Part shown: positions 12,386 to 25,550 of the stretch, piece by piece | Position numbering within the stretch: position 1 is the stretch's first letter | Layout of the letters: the number at the start of each line of letters is the position of its first letter | Origin: Owenia fusiformis | Taxonomy: Eukaryota | Length of the DNA stretch: 64,000 nt | Assembly (NCBI GenBank): GCA_903813345.2 | Contig: CAIIXF020000001.1 | Location: 28,520,001-28,584,000 of the forward strand | Direction of reading: 5' to 3' | The notes under the pieces: model-generated | What the model was told of the DNA's origin: nothing | The model's input: only the letters and a program-made list of their open reading frames with translations | The model's database searches: none | Program-made: the position numbers and the translations under genes

Positions 12386-15300
12386 TTATGTATCTCTGAG
12401 TCCATCATTAGTGTACTCCCTGATACAGTTCTCAAATGGTACATTAGAGACCCAATGACAGAGACCATCTCTGTTGCGAGAGCAAATAGTGTATTTGTTG
12501 AAACAGTCTATAGCTGGGTCCTCAGGGTAATACAGACAGACATCTGGGTGCTTGTCGCATGGTTCATAGTCACATGTGATGATCTAAAAGAAAAAGAACA
12601 ATTTTAAATATGTTTGTTTTTAATAAACACATACAGAAAGTCTACAGTGAGTGTGAACCATCCCTGACCCTGATTGTAAGTATAGTAAAACCTGTAAAGT
12701 GAAACACCTCAAAAGTGGAACACCTCTATTAGTGGACCACTTTTCAACATCTCCCACATGGAACATTTATAGATACCAAAGGTGTTCCACTAGGACAGGT
12801 TTTACTGTACAAAGAAAATTCTGAGAAGATGTGAACATCAGATACAGTATTTAGATATACACTACCCTTATTGAAAAGATCAATGGTAAGAGTTTGAAAT
12901 ACTCATAACAAAGAATGTCCATTTTAAAAATTCACATGTCAGTAAACAAAAACAAAGAGATTTATTGTATCATTTGATTAAACTAAAATAGCATCTACCC
13001 TGCATTCACAGTTCTTTGAGTATGATTGCAGGACTGCCCCCAATGCCCTCCTCTCCTCCACAGACTCTGGCCAGTCTGATATGTACATACAGGAGTCACT
13101 GAATGGGAGATTTTTCTCTGCAATACCTATAGCATACAGGGTCGTAGAAAGATTAGTTACAAAAAGGAGACCTAGTGTCACCACTTACAGTACAATAAAA
13201 TGCAATACAATAAAAGTCAAATGCAATATATATGATTTATGTGTGAGAGTTGTGCATGAAGTACAATGCAATACAATACAATACAAGAACACAAATGTGT
13301 ACAAAATGTCCCCACCTATGGGTGATCCCATCAAATGGTTATCCTAAAAATGAGTAGACAAGACTTTAATGACACAATTTGAGGACGGAAAATCCAATAT
13401 GGCCACCTTAAAATTTACCCAGAATGCCCAAAAATTAGTCAGTTCTAGATTTTCATACTAAGAAGCACCCCTGAAAATTTGAAATTGATCCTTCACACAG
13501 TTAACCAGAAAACATGTAAACAAGACTTTACAGACAAGATTTGAGGACCGAAAATCCAAAATGGCTGCCTTGACATTTATCCAGAATGCCAAAAAACTAA
13601 TCTGTTCTAGATTTTCATACTAAGGATCATCCCTGAAAATTTGAAATTGATCTACCAAACGGTTCACCTGGAAATGCGTAGACAAAACTTTACAAACAAG
13701 ATTTTAGGACAGAAAATCCAAAATGGCTGCCTTGACATTTACCCAGAATGCCCAAAAACTAATCAGATCTAGATTTTCATACTTAGAATCATCCCTGAAA
13801 ATTTGAAATTGATCTACCTAACGGTTCACCTAAAAACGCGTAGAAAAGACTTTACGGGCAAGATTTTAAGACGGAAAATCCAAAATGGCTGCCTTGACAT
13901 TTATCCTGAATGCATAAAAACTAATGAGATCTAGATTTTCATTCTAAGAATCATCCCTGAAAATTTGAAATTGATCTACCAAACAGTTCACCTGGAAATG
14001 TGTAGACAATACTTTACAGACGAGATTTTAGGATAGAAAATCCAAAATGGCTGCCTTGACATTTACCCAGAATGCTCAAAAACTAATCAGATCTAGATTT
14101 TCATACTAAGAATCATCCCTGAAAACTTGAAATTGATCTACCAAACGGTTCACCTAAAAACGCGTAGACAAGACTTTACGGGCAAGATTTTAAGACGGAA
14201 AATCCAAAATGGCTGCCTTGACATTTATTCAGAATGCATAAAAACTAATGAGATCTAGTTTTTCATACTGAGAATCATCCCCATCCCTGAAAATTTCAAA
14301 TTGATCTACCAAACGGTTCACCTGGAAATGCGTAGACAAGACTTTACAGACAAGATTTGAGGACGGAAAATCCAAAATGGCTGCCTTGACATTTACCCAG
14401 AATGCCCAAAAACTAATCAGATCTAGATTGTCATACTGTGAATCATCCCTGAAAATTTGAAATTGATCTACCAAACGGTTCACCTGAAAATGCGTAGACA
14501 AGACTTTACTGACAAGATTTTAGGATGGAAAATCCAAAATGGCTGCCTTGACATTTACCCAGAATGCCCAAAAACTAATCAGATCTAGATTTTCATACTA
14601 AGAATCATCCCTGAAAATTTGAAATTGATCCACCAAACGGTTCACCTGAAAACATGTAGACAAGACTTTACACACGAGATTTTAGGACCGAAAAATCCAA
14701 AATGGCCGACAATAAAAAAGTGATTATGAGTTTTTGCTAATTTCTTTCAACAAAATTATCACATATAACTACTGTTAACAATAACATAGGCTTTTACAAC
14801 AAAGTACACCTGAAATTATTTATAAAGCTACTAAATAGTTTAAGTATGAAAACTGAATAACACCATTCAATATGATACAAAGTATTATCGTGCGCTAACT
14901 TTTCTTAAAACATTCAAAATGGCTGACATGACTGAGCTTACAGGTCCAAAACCTAATCAGATCTAGAATGAAGTGAGCTGAACAAGATTTTAAAGTTTTA
15001 AAAGCAACTGTGAAGCCGTTTTTCTTAAAGTTTGCAGACAAGGATTTTAGCATTTGACTTCAAAATGGCCGACAGGAAGTTGGTATCGAGTTAATTTTTT
15101 TTCATCCACATCTGTATGCACTCATAAGTTATCCCTGAAAATTTGAAGGTGATATCTGTAGCGGTTTTGGAGAAAACTGCCGGACGTACGGACAGACAGA
15201 CGGACAGACAGACGGACGCGCCTAGGCCGACAATATGGCCCCACACTATGTGGTGGGGACATAAAAAGTCAAATGCAATATATATGATTCGATTCTAACC

Positions 15301-18300
15301 TGAGATAATGTACTATGTGTGAGAGTTGTGCATAAAGTACAATGCAATACAATGCAATAAAATGGATTCGAACATGACTGTATTCACGCCTTCTATAAAC
15401 TGTAAACAAAGTCAACATTTCACCCGGGGTATATTCGCGAACAAAACCCCTGGTAATATGTGTAATGTGTGACGTCATAACGGCGGGCCATAGTAATGGC
15501 GGACCATAATGAATATTCGAAACATTTTGGTGAGTTTTCATGTTCGAATCGTAATATAGACCTCAGAGCAGGTATAATATCGTCGAATACACCCCTTAGG
15601 GCTAGGCACAAAAGCTTTCAAACCCCTCACTCCCTTCGGTCGTTTGGGGTACAGAAAACGTTTGTGTCTAGCCCTGCGGGGTGTATTCGACAATATTACC
15701 CCTGCTCTTCGGTCTATATTTCTTAAATACAATATAACACAATAAAATGCAATACAATTAAAGTCCACACCTACCTGAGATAATGTAATGTTTGTGAGAG
15801 CTTATATGAATTCCACAATGCAGTGGGTTAGAGGGGGTAAAGAAAATTCTCTTCTTCATTCTCTTCAAGCTTCTATAGTTACGGCTACCCTGGCAACAAG
15901 AGAAATTTTCAAAGTAGTTTCCATAGCAACTGTCAGAATGTAAGGATATATACATACTTGTAGTTGGACACAATTCAATAGAATAATCAATAATCTTGTA
16001 TTTAATGCTCACTGATATTAATCAAGATAATTTTTATAATAGATCATCTTGAGTGTACATGCAGTAAAGTAGTACAACATGTACTTATAAAAGAGATAGA
16101 TGCTTCCATTAGCTTATTAATATTACAATCGAAAAGAGCCCAGGGCTATATGTTGAAAACATATGTACAGTATCTGCTACCTTCACTGTCAGTGTCTCAC
16201 CTTAAATACAGTCTGAACCTTCATCTTGTATTGACTGAAGAATCCATTGTTTTTCTTTCCTTGGATAAAAGCTCTTACAGCTGAAATACCAAATATTCTC
16301 AAATTTATTTGACCCAAGAATCTTAACATTAATTAAAGAGGCACATGTTGAATGCTGTAATGATCAGGATACGGTTGTGCCTCTTTAAGAGATCTGTTTT
16401 TACAAGTTTTTAATATCTCGTTTTTAATTTCATATAGTTTTTAAGTCTTTAATATGGGAACAGGCTCTAAAGCTATTATATTCAAGTAGCTTATAATTAA
16501 ATTATTACTGTATTATTGATAAAATTGACACTCTACTTAAAGTGGTAGCAAAGACTAAGACAGTGTAAAATGTTGAAAGCAATCTTGTCAAAAACAATGC
16601 CTATGTTTTCCTTACAATCCTACATTTTCTGAAAATGGGATATCTGAAATAGTACTATAGAAGTTATTGAAGTTTTAAAATGCAGAAATGACCAAATGCT
16701 TCAGAAATACATGGAAAAGATGGGTCATAATACTTAGAGTCTACATCATTTTCAAAACATCATCAGTATCCCCATATATATTTCAGTCGATGATTGTACT
16801 AATTGATGTATAACCTGTCAACTTACAGCCCCCAACAATATGGCATACAATAAGGGACAAGGTCAATATCAATGCACACCCACGCACATAATTACAGTTA
16901 TCATATTTGAGGTGCAGGGTGTAAAATGTAAAAATGTAAACATGTTTTTTAATAATGTGAAGTACTTTTAATTTTAAAGAAATGTTCAATATATTTTTGG
17001 GGGAGGAGGGGGGATCAATCTGAAGTTATCAAATGTGCAGTGAAACAATACAATATTGACCTAATCTCTAAAACCCATCTTGTACTAACACTAAGGGCAT
17101 AGCAAAAGTGTTTACATTAAGTCCCATCCAGAAATCAGAGCAAAGAATTAACATGCAAAATGTTATCCCCTACCATTTGTTACAAATGCCGAACGCCAGA
17201 TAATTAACCACCAAAACCATCCACAAAAGTTAGAGGAGACTATAACAAACAAAATGTCACCACTTCTGGTGGTGACATAATAAAACCATACATCCAAGTT
17301 GAACAAACTTGAAGCAAATGAAAAGCAGATCATAACTATCATAACACCCATCTTCTTCCAGAAATAATTAATTCAAGAAAATTATTCTATGGTCTATTGC
17401 CCCAATAGACTATAGAATAATTATCTATGTACATGTATTATATCTTTATATACTTTGTAATGGAACACCTCCGTAAGTGGAATGCTCCTGTACCCAATTG
17501 AGTATTGACTTATTGTTGAATGAACCTCTGAAAGTGGAACAGCTCCCAAGTCAAACACTTTTTAGAGGTACAAAAGGTTATCCAGTTATAATTGGCATGT
17601 CTAGTTATACTCAATGAGCCCATATGTCAGGTAATTGATACATTCATTAGCACCCATGTTAACAGTAACATGTTGCCCATGTTAAACTAACATGTTAAAG
17701 TGCAACATGTAATCAGAGATCCAACACTTTAAATATTTGAGCAATATTTGCAATAATTGACCAACATGTTCTTCACCATCTCAAATATAATTGTTATAAC
17801 AAAATGAAGTTATTTGAGATTCAAAATCTAGAATCCATATTCATAGAAAATGTATAAGTAAATGTTAAAATCAGTGGTTTCTTTATAGTAAATGTGGAAT
17901 TGTGGATATCCAGTTATTCACATTTATGGAAGATGTATCCATAAATGTTAATCGTTGGTTTACCCTTGAATAAAGTATGAACTTTTGAGACTTTTAGAAA
18001 AAATAAAATTGAGACCATTTTTCAAATAATAACTGGCTACCTGATTCTCTGATAACCTAAAATCTTAACTCATATTTGTAATATACTTGATATGATACTG
18101 TGATCTGCAATTCGCACCACCAATACCAAGAGTTTGTTACAATTTACCAAAATCTGATGCACAATATCTTTCTTGAGGATGTATTCTCCCTTCACAAGGA
18201 CAGAATTCCTCCGTTTCTCTATATTCCTCATCATCCTCCTGTCCACATACACTTTGTAACAAATGTACTATATATACTATATACAAACTTTTGTCCACAC

Positions 18301-18310
18301 TAATCTTCAT
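12386..18310 (-). CDS. TIMP: Tissue inhibitor of metalloproteinases-like protein, 227 aa. Exons 18310-18148, 16280-16201, 15889-15775, 13126-12999, 12583-12386
   Basis: All introns are GT-AG with consistent phases (684 nt). Motifs: signal peptide, CPC..HPQERYCASDFAVRA, QYKMKVQTVFKG, FTP..HCG..YIISG, SCMYISDW, YSKNCECRIITC..PC..CL..C.R.RDGLCHW. Intron positions match the usual TIMP gene layout. Confidence 0.93.
12683..12807. mobile_element. Short Tc1/pogo-type MITE
   Basis: TA|TAGTAAAACCTG...CAGGTTTTACTG|TA with internal GTGGAACACC motifs. Related decayed copies lie near 17455-17590 and 59642-59802. Confidence 0.7.
13283..15267. mobile_element. Helentron-associated non-autonomous element (HINE/DINE-1-like) carrying a 162-bp satellite array
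   Basis: ACAAG end, small hairpin, subterminal TGTCCCCAC inverted to GTGGGGACA at the other end, and a (GACA/GACG)n tract. AATCCAA(A)ATGG recurs at 13391, 13553, 13715, 13877, 14039, 14201, 14369, 14531 and 14694. Confidence 0.85.
15553..15720. repeat. Long imperfect hairpin, probable end of an unclassified non-autonomous element
   Basis: AATATAGACC..TCGAATACACCCC..AGGGCTAGGCACAAA is inverted as TTTGTGTCTAGCCCT..GGGGTGTATTCGA..GGTCTATATT. Confidence 0.75.
17150..17285. mobile_element. Mini HINE-like element (family also at 21810-21845, 45070-45190, 61018-61340)
   Basis: Shared terminal hairpin ATGTCACCACTTCTGGTGGTGACATAA and the segment GCAAAATG..CCATTTGTTACA. Confidence 0.65.
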
Positions 18311-20208
18311 ACCAAAATTTTAAGATAATTTCTGAAACTCCTATCAACATGGATGTTATCAATTTTATATTTTTGAATCATCTCTTGGTGGTTTGATAAA
18401 TATTCCTTTGTGATTAAAGCCTAATTATGATCAGAATCAAGCATTCTGTTGTCTTGATCATTACACTGTTTTCCATGTGTCTGCATATATCGTATCCTTC
18501 GAGTTGAGGTTCTCTACTTTTCTAACATTGAAATGAGTATGTTGTTATATTGGCTGGATAAAGCCATGTATCTTAGTAAACTGTCACCTAAATGGCCTTA
18601 CTGGCTTACACTGCAAGGCATTATCAACAGAAACAATTTGTCTCTTAATTTCAAATGTTTTACTTTAATGTGACATAAAGGCTGGTAGACTTCAAGCCAA
18701 TTAAAAGGTACAAAGCTCAATAAACACATCAAATGACTGAAAAACATCAAAAGATCTGTCTTCCAACATTTAAACTTATGCCAATTTTCTTTCATTATAC
18801 AATTTGATCTAATAATTTCTTCAGTAAAAGGAATCATTTATCATAAATTGATGCATAAAGTTGAATAATATTCATTTACTACCAATATTTGGTTATCTAT
18901 TTTTCTGACTTTATGCTTTCATTCACATTGCCATTGGACTTCAACTGTACACATTTTACGAAGGCTAATGGGTCATCAATTTATTCATTTTGCTGATAAA
19001 ATCACTCATGAATGACAAATTCTATGAAAGGCATAAGCATATCTTGGATTTTCCTAGATTGAGAATTAAGAGCAATTATTACTGAGCAAAATATGTTTTT
19101 AGTGATTGTGACATCACAATCAAAAATTGTATATTCATTTTATTATTAAAGCCAATTAAATTCCCCATCTTTGGACATACATGTACTCATACACATAGCT
19201 TCTATCAATGTGATCCTTTTGAAGAATGATACACAGTGTCCCATGTTTATGACATACACATACTGGCAATTAATGATTTTCAAAATTAAGGTTGGTCAAG
19301 AAGAATGTTTAATCTTGCTTATCTGAAGTGATCCTTTTACATGTATGCTACAATATGTATTACTATGTAAACCAATCTGCCTACCTTGAGAAACCGCTTA
19401 TTTTGGATATTACTTTCAGGTACAGTAATCTTTCTTCTGCATTCATTAAAATAATTTTGGTTCTTCTTACTTACTTGTCATTTATTTAATTGAAATACTG
19501 TTAGTAGTTAATAGGTATCACTTCAGTGAATATGTTCCTTAGGAAGAGATTACATGGTGATGGTATATCACAGATTAAACCCCACTTAGTAGCAATACAA
19601 TAGAATTAACTGTAGTTTATTTTAAAGAATTTACAGTTGTATCAAAAGAAAAATCCATTCTCTTTCTATTGTTTTTAAAGAAATGACACTTCGCAAGCTA
19701 TCAAAAACCAATGTGGCAAAAAAGACAATTAATAGTTTTTGATAGTGTTCATCATTTAAGAACAATATACCAATGTACATTTATTCTTCTTTTGTTATTG
19801 TTCATTCTTTGAAATAAAACAATTAAATAACAATTAATTAATTTGTGCTGCTACCTAGAGTATTGATCCAAGTTAACTCAGTCAATAGTTCAATAGAAAA
19901 TACAAAAGAAATCAAATTTTACACTACATACATGGCCTGTTACATGCAGTGCACTGAACGAATTATAGTCATTGTGAGGTTTAAGTGAGATAAACAATAT
20001 CGGCCCTTGGCTATTATTTCTCCTAGTTCCCAGGGCTTATTGTTTATCCATTACTTAAACTGGTGGATCCAAATAGTGATTAGTTCCTTTTAGCTGATTG
20101 TCCCGAAAATACATGGTCCTTGGAAACTCCATAACATCAGAATAACTTCAAGGGGTTTAATCTAATAAGCATTATGTCCTCATATACATAAATGAGTAAA
20201 CAGTCGTG

Positions 20209-22740
20209 CTATAAAACTTCAAATTGAGATACATAAAGTTGAGTCACTTCCTGTGGAGTAAAGTTTTGGTCTAATTTTACAGCAATATTACTAGTATTCC
20301 CTGTCCTTGCTTGCTTTTTGTATTCTTTGTCTCTTTCTCGTTCATTTTCCCTAGCAACCCAATTTCTTTGTCGCGCTAATCTCCGTCTCATTTTATCTTT
20401 CTCCCGTTCTAATTGTCTATATGCAGGGTCCTTTCTTTTAGATGCCATCCTTGCTTTAGCCTCTATGCGTTCCTTGTCTCTGCAATTAAAAGATCACCAT
20501 ATATTGGAAGCACAAAGCATTATGTGAACAAGGTTAAATGACGAATTTAGATAAAAGCGAGTGGCTGATAAGGAGCAATGATGAAGATTGCATCGATGAG
20601 ATGTCAATGTAACCATTTGAATAGTTGATTATATATAGATGTCATTTGATGGGAGGGATTTTGGCCAATATTGGATCAAGTACAGCATCTGATACAGGAT
20701 TTTGGCTGACATAGGATCTGAATATCAATTCTATTCCCTGTTCATTTCCCAGGGAAAACATGTTATGGAATAAACGCTTACATTCACTCAGATGAATTGA
20801 ACATCTGTAAAAATTACCCACTGACCTGAAAGAAGGATCCTGTCTGAGTTGTCTTTTCTTTATTTTGTCACGTTCTCTTTTCAAAACATTTCTTTTAGCA
20901 CAATAATAATCCTCTACAGTCTCTTGGCTGTCCATGTAGAGTTTTACATCCTCTCTGGACCATATGTCTCCCTCCTCTATATATCCCTGGGTAGAGTCAG
21001 GAAGAGTGCTTGGGCCAATGTCTGTAGAACCTCCATCCCCAGGGAACTCCACATAGGATTCAATACTATCATTTGTAATATCACTGCTGAAAAATAGTTT
21101 ACTCTGTCGATTATGTGGAGAAGAATGTCTTATTGACATTTTTTTGTTTTCTGGGTAACTGCATCTTTGAGAAATAGTGCAAACATCTTAGAATGATCTT
21201 TCTGATCTCTTACCCTTTTACCATTTTTGGATTCATTGATCTCATAAATCCCACAAACTTTTCAGGTTTTTTAATTAGTTTATACCAGGTTTTTTCAACT
21301 CCTCCTAAGAAAAAATCAAGAAAATCAAATAATTCAAATAAATCTGACAAATTTTGTGCAAGTGAAATTGCAATCACAGAAGTACACACACATCCAGAAT
21401 TTTTTTTATTTTGGTTCCCAGAATTTTTCCCTTGAATTTATCATTTTGTGCTGAAAATTGCAGAACTCTGACTTCGGAAACGGATTTGTTATTTGACCCA
21501 ACGGTAAAGCATCACTATTCCCTGTGGATAAAATAGTCAAAAATTTGAATCATACTTTCAGTGATTGATTTTATAGTACCTGTTTGGTATGTTGATAGTT
21601 TTCATCTCTCCATTCTCTTGTATCTCTATCTGTAAGCCTTGCACCTCTGACTGCTCACAAATCTGGCCATTGTGTGTAGAAGGCTCACCCGCCTCCTCAT
21701 ATGTACTGTCTGCCTTACTTTGTACTATCAGGTCATCTGCAACAGTTACATTTAGTTACAACAGTTACAATAGTTACATTATGTTAACTGACTTGATCCC
21801 AACACAATGAACTAGACAGCAAGTCTGGTGGTGACATAAATAATACTAGAAAAATACTAATAGTGAGCATATTGAAGGCTAGGCATGTATAGAGAGGTGG
21901 GGATGGTTCCATCCATACACAACTATTTGAAGACCTTTCAGAAGAATCCATTTAAAATGGATTGGACTTGAGTAATGTACCTATAATTATCTGTATATCT
22001 TGCTGGTTGAGCTCCGTGCCTTGCCTCTCTGTGCCATTTGTACCTTCTGTCCCACTTGCTACAACCTGCTCTTCTGTACCAGAGGTAATGACAACTGTCT
22101 CTTCCATAACATCAGGGACCTCATTCTCAACAATACATACATAATCTGGAGGGAAGAGAAGGATGCTTATATTGATGTATCACACAAATAAATGGATATT
22201 ACAAAAATGTAACAAGATCTTATAAAAAAAACTATTTTCCAAAAGATATTCCTGAGACTGAATAACATGTGTTTTAAAAAAAGAAAGTCCATTTCATTTC
22301 TAATGAACTTTGTTTACTGGGATAACAAATGTCAATGATGGTAATAGTTATTGGTCAATTGTAGATATACTTGTATACATCAAGCATTTTAGTAGATTTT
22401 CTATATAATATGCCTACCCTATTATAAATAACCACATAAAATATTAACAGAAATTTAACTTCCAGACATACTATTACTTGGATATCCGAGCTTTCATCCA
22501 GACAGATGAAGCCATTCTCTATAAATATCTCTCAAATTCATCCTCCCTTAATTATTGCTGAGTGTATAAGCATGGGCTTTCAAGATCTCTTTGAAACCCC
22601 ATGGTATAAGCAAGCCTACCTTCCTGATTTGGCCCATGGTCACATGCCTCAGCAGATGATGATGGTGGATATACAATCTTAACAATGTTGTCTTTGCCTA
22701 TCACATATTGTGGGACTGGAGTGTTACTTTCTTCGCTCAT
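20209..22740 (-). CDS. Protein (~324 aa) with an acidic disordered N-terminus and basic helical 21-aa repeats (STPR/ZNF821-like, putative DNA-binding). Exons 22740-22620, 22145-21981, 21736-21580, ~21086-20826, 20479-20209
   Basis: GT-AG junctions with consistent phases (1,1,2,2). C-terminal KRERDKIKKRQLRQDPSFRDKERIEAKARMASKRKDPAYRQLEREKDKMRRRLAR. The acceptor of exon 4 is ambiguous (21086 or ~21160). Possible non-coding first-exon donor at ~24300. Confidence 0.72.
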
Positions 22741-23428
22741 ACTTCTATAAGGATACTGAAATAACAATAGTTATACTTGGTATAATCCATTTGTCTAATT
22801 CAATTCTATCGCAAATTTGGTTGACAACGATACATGTCTTAGCTTGGGTAATTTTTTTTGGGGGGGGTTCTAATTCATGCATGCATCTCCTCTTGACCCT
22901 AGCATGAACACCATTTCACCTTTGTCTCTGACTCAAAAAGAACACTCCATCACAGCCTAGACTGATCAAGAAAATTATATTAAATAAATGGTGTGCACTG
23001 TGCAGTGGCCTTAGAATCATTTAAAGTCTTTGAGTGTCTTTATTCACATTTTCTGCTGAAGTTATTTTCTGGTTCAAAACAATGTATGAAAACATGGGTT
23101 AATATATTTTCTTTTTCAAACAAGTATCATTGTGTACTTTTGATAAATCTGGGAAGAGGCCAATGCCAACTCAGTGAAATGCTGATATTTCAAGAGAAAA
23201 CATTCAAAGCGGCCACTGTTACAACGTTCTCCTCATTTACTGTAGTTTCTCAACAATGTTAAATTACTTACAATTTATTCTAATTCACTTAACCCTTAGA
23301 TGCGACAAGGATACTTCCATGAACAACAAATGAAATATGGTAATTCATTTATGATGCTTAATCTGAAGCAGACAGTAATGTGCAGAAATATTGATTTTTT
23401 TGAAAATGTGAATATAGGTAGACATGAA

Positions 23429-23842
23429 GGACAGGGTGCATGTTGGGAAATTTTCTGCATTCCTCAATTGAGTCACATGTTATTTTTCAAACAAGAATAA
23501 CTCCTTCCCCACATTGTCTACATCTTCCAAGTTTGCACAAAGATTGCACTTATGTGCCTAGAAAAGCCTTGTGAGAAGGTTTGCTTTGTAAAATGTATAA
23601 AAAATGAGAAAATTCAGTGAAAAAAAATTCTGAAAATTTTCTGATTTTTTTCACTGAATTTTCTTGTTTTTTATACACTTTATCAAAACATTCTTCTCAC
23701 CAGTCTTTTCTAGGCACACAAGTGCACTCTTTGTGGAAAACTGGAAGATATAGACAATGTAGGGAAGGAGTGATTCTTGTTTGAAAAATAACATGTGACT
23801 CAATTGAGGAATGCAGAAAATTTCCCATCATGCACCCTGACC
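23429..23842. mobile_element. Foldback (fully palindromic) MITE, probably TTAA-targeting
   Basis: ~205-bp arms are inverted about GAAAATTTTC (~23635) with no spacer. Ends are tgaa|GGACAGGGTGCATG...CATGCACCCTGACC|ttaa. Confidence 0.85.
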
Positions 23843-24639
23843 TTAACCCAACAGCTTGGAGCAGTCTCAGATCTGAGAAATTAGTTCAGGGCACGAGGTC
23901 GTTGTTTTAAGATGAGAATTTACCTACATGTACTTTATGATTAATAAGTTTGTATTGCATGTTGATGTTATAGAGTACATGTGTATACTCTATCGATGAT
24001 AGATCAAAAATCTCCAATATTGAGATTCCACCCTTGAGATTCTTTCATCTCAGGAACTAAAATTTTTCAAAATGTATCCGTTTTGATGGCTATTTGATTT
24101 CCTAAGGTCCTAGTCTGACATAATTTTGATAATAACATTTTTTTCTACAATTTTTGACTGAGTCAGTGAGTTTCAAAATTATAATCTAGATATACCAAAA
24201 ACATAGTAATACTGAATCATATTACAAGAAAAACCATTGTGTATTAGAAGAAATTAATATCAGAGATTATGTATATACAATTGATATTGAAGTTACTTAC
24301 CTCTAAACCATATAATACATTGTAAATGTAAAATGTAAATGAAAAAATAAAAACAAGATGTAGGTCAATACTAGGTACGGCTTCACATCCAGTCTAGTAT
24401 TCTGAAATTTGATTGGCTCATCATTCATGACACGACACAAACTACAAAAATCAAAATATCCTGGCGTGGCAAGTGATCTTTAAATTCAGTTCAGGATGCA
24501 GAGATATCGACATAACAGAGGTGAGAATAAAACCAAACTCGTATCCTTTGTATACTAAAATATTTGCGCATTTGTATTGCATCATAGTGTGAAGTGACAA
24601 AGAAGAAAATGTCATCAAATATTAGTTTTAGAAATGGGA

Positions 24640-24828
24640 CTCAATGTTTTTTGAAAAAATTTTGGGCCCCTAAAACCCAAAAGTGGGCCCAAATTTTTAA
24701 AATGTAATGACCAAAAAGGCCCACTTTTTGGGGCCTTATAAGGCCTTTTTTGACCCAAAATTTTTTAGGCCCAATTATTTTTCTGGGCCCACCCAAAGGG
24801 GGGGGGGGGGGGGCAGATCCGCCATTGC
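24640..24828. mobile_element. Truncated MITE end with GGGCCC repeats and poly-G
   Basis: Ends in poly-G followed by CAGATCCGCCATTG, a TIR-like terminus. No matching left end found. Confidence 0.45.
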
Positions 24829-24932
24829 ATTGGATTGGAGTTTTCAAACGCCGATGATTTGACAAGTGTCCACTGTTACTGTATCAGATATTCAAATTCA
24901 ATGACCACTTATTTTAATATGTTGTCAAACAG

Positions 24933-25044
24933 CAGGGTTCTCACCAGGAAATTTTTAGACCCCGGATTTTTAACGGTATTGTGATTACTTTTTTTCGCAG
25001 TATTGGGAGAATCTCCGGAGTCTAAAAGCCTAGTGAGAACCCTG
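24933..25044. mobile_element. 112-bp MITE with 5-bp TSD
   Basis: aacag|CAGGGTTCTCAC...GTGAGAACCCTG|aacag. Confidence 0.85.
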
Positions 25045-25550
25045 AACAGAGCATTCAATAGTCCAGCCAAATTACAAGCGCTTTCGGATATTTGTTTTAT
25101 CAGTTTTGTTTTATTGAATTATGATTTTTTCTTCTGAATTACCCCCAATGCACACATCAAAGTGTTTTGAAATCTGGAAGTTTGCAGATTTTTTTGGGCT
25201 GATTTGGAAGCTGTCATAGATGGCATTCAGTGTTTCTTCAAAATCATTTGGCCCTATAATAGTAAGAAGATCTGCAACACAAATAACAATAATTGTTTTT
25301 TAGTTACCCGATTCCGGCCTACATGTACATGTTGTTTAGCTTGTTTTGTCATCTATTATCTGGATAGATGTATTCATAAGACTACTGTAGCGCTGAGAGT
25401 ATCTCTTTGCTTAGAAATAATAAACTGATTGTCTTTTTTATGAGTTTTTCTGTTCAGTGTATCAAAAAGCAAGAGTGTTCTGGTAGGCTTGAAAATCCTT
25501 GTTACGTCATGAATAACCCTTGGAATCACATGTCCTTGAAATTATTTATA

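Noticed and set aside
12317-13347. Plus-strand ORFs of 96 and 88 aa
   Set aside because: They are antisense to TIMP exons 5 and 4.
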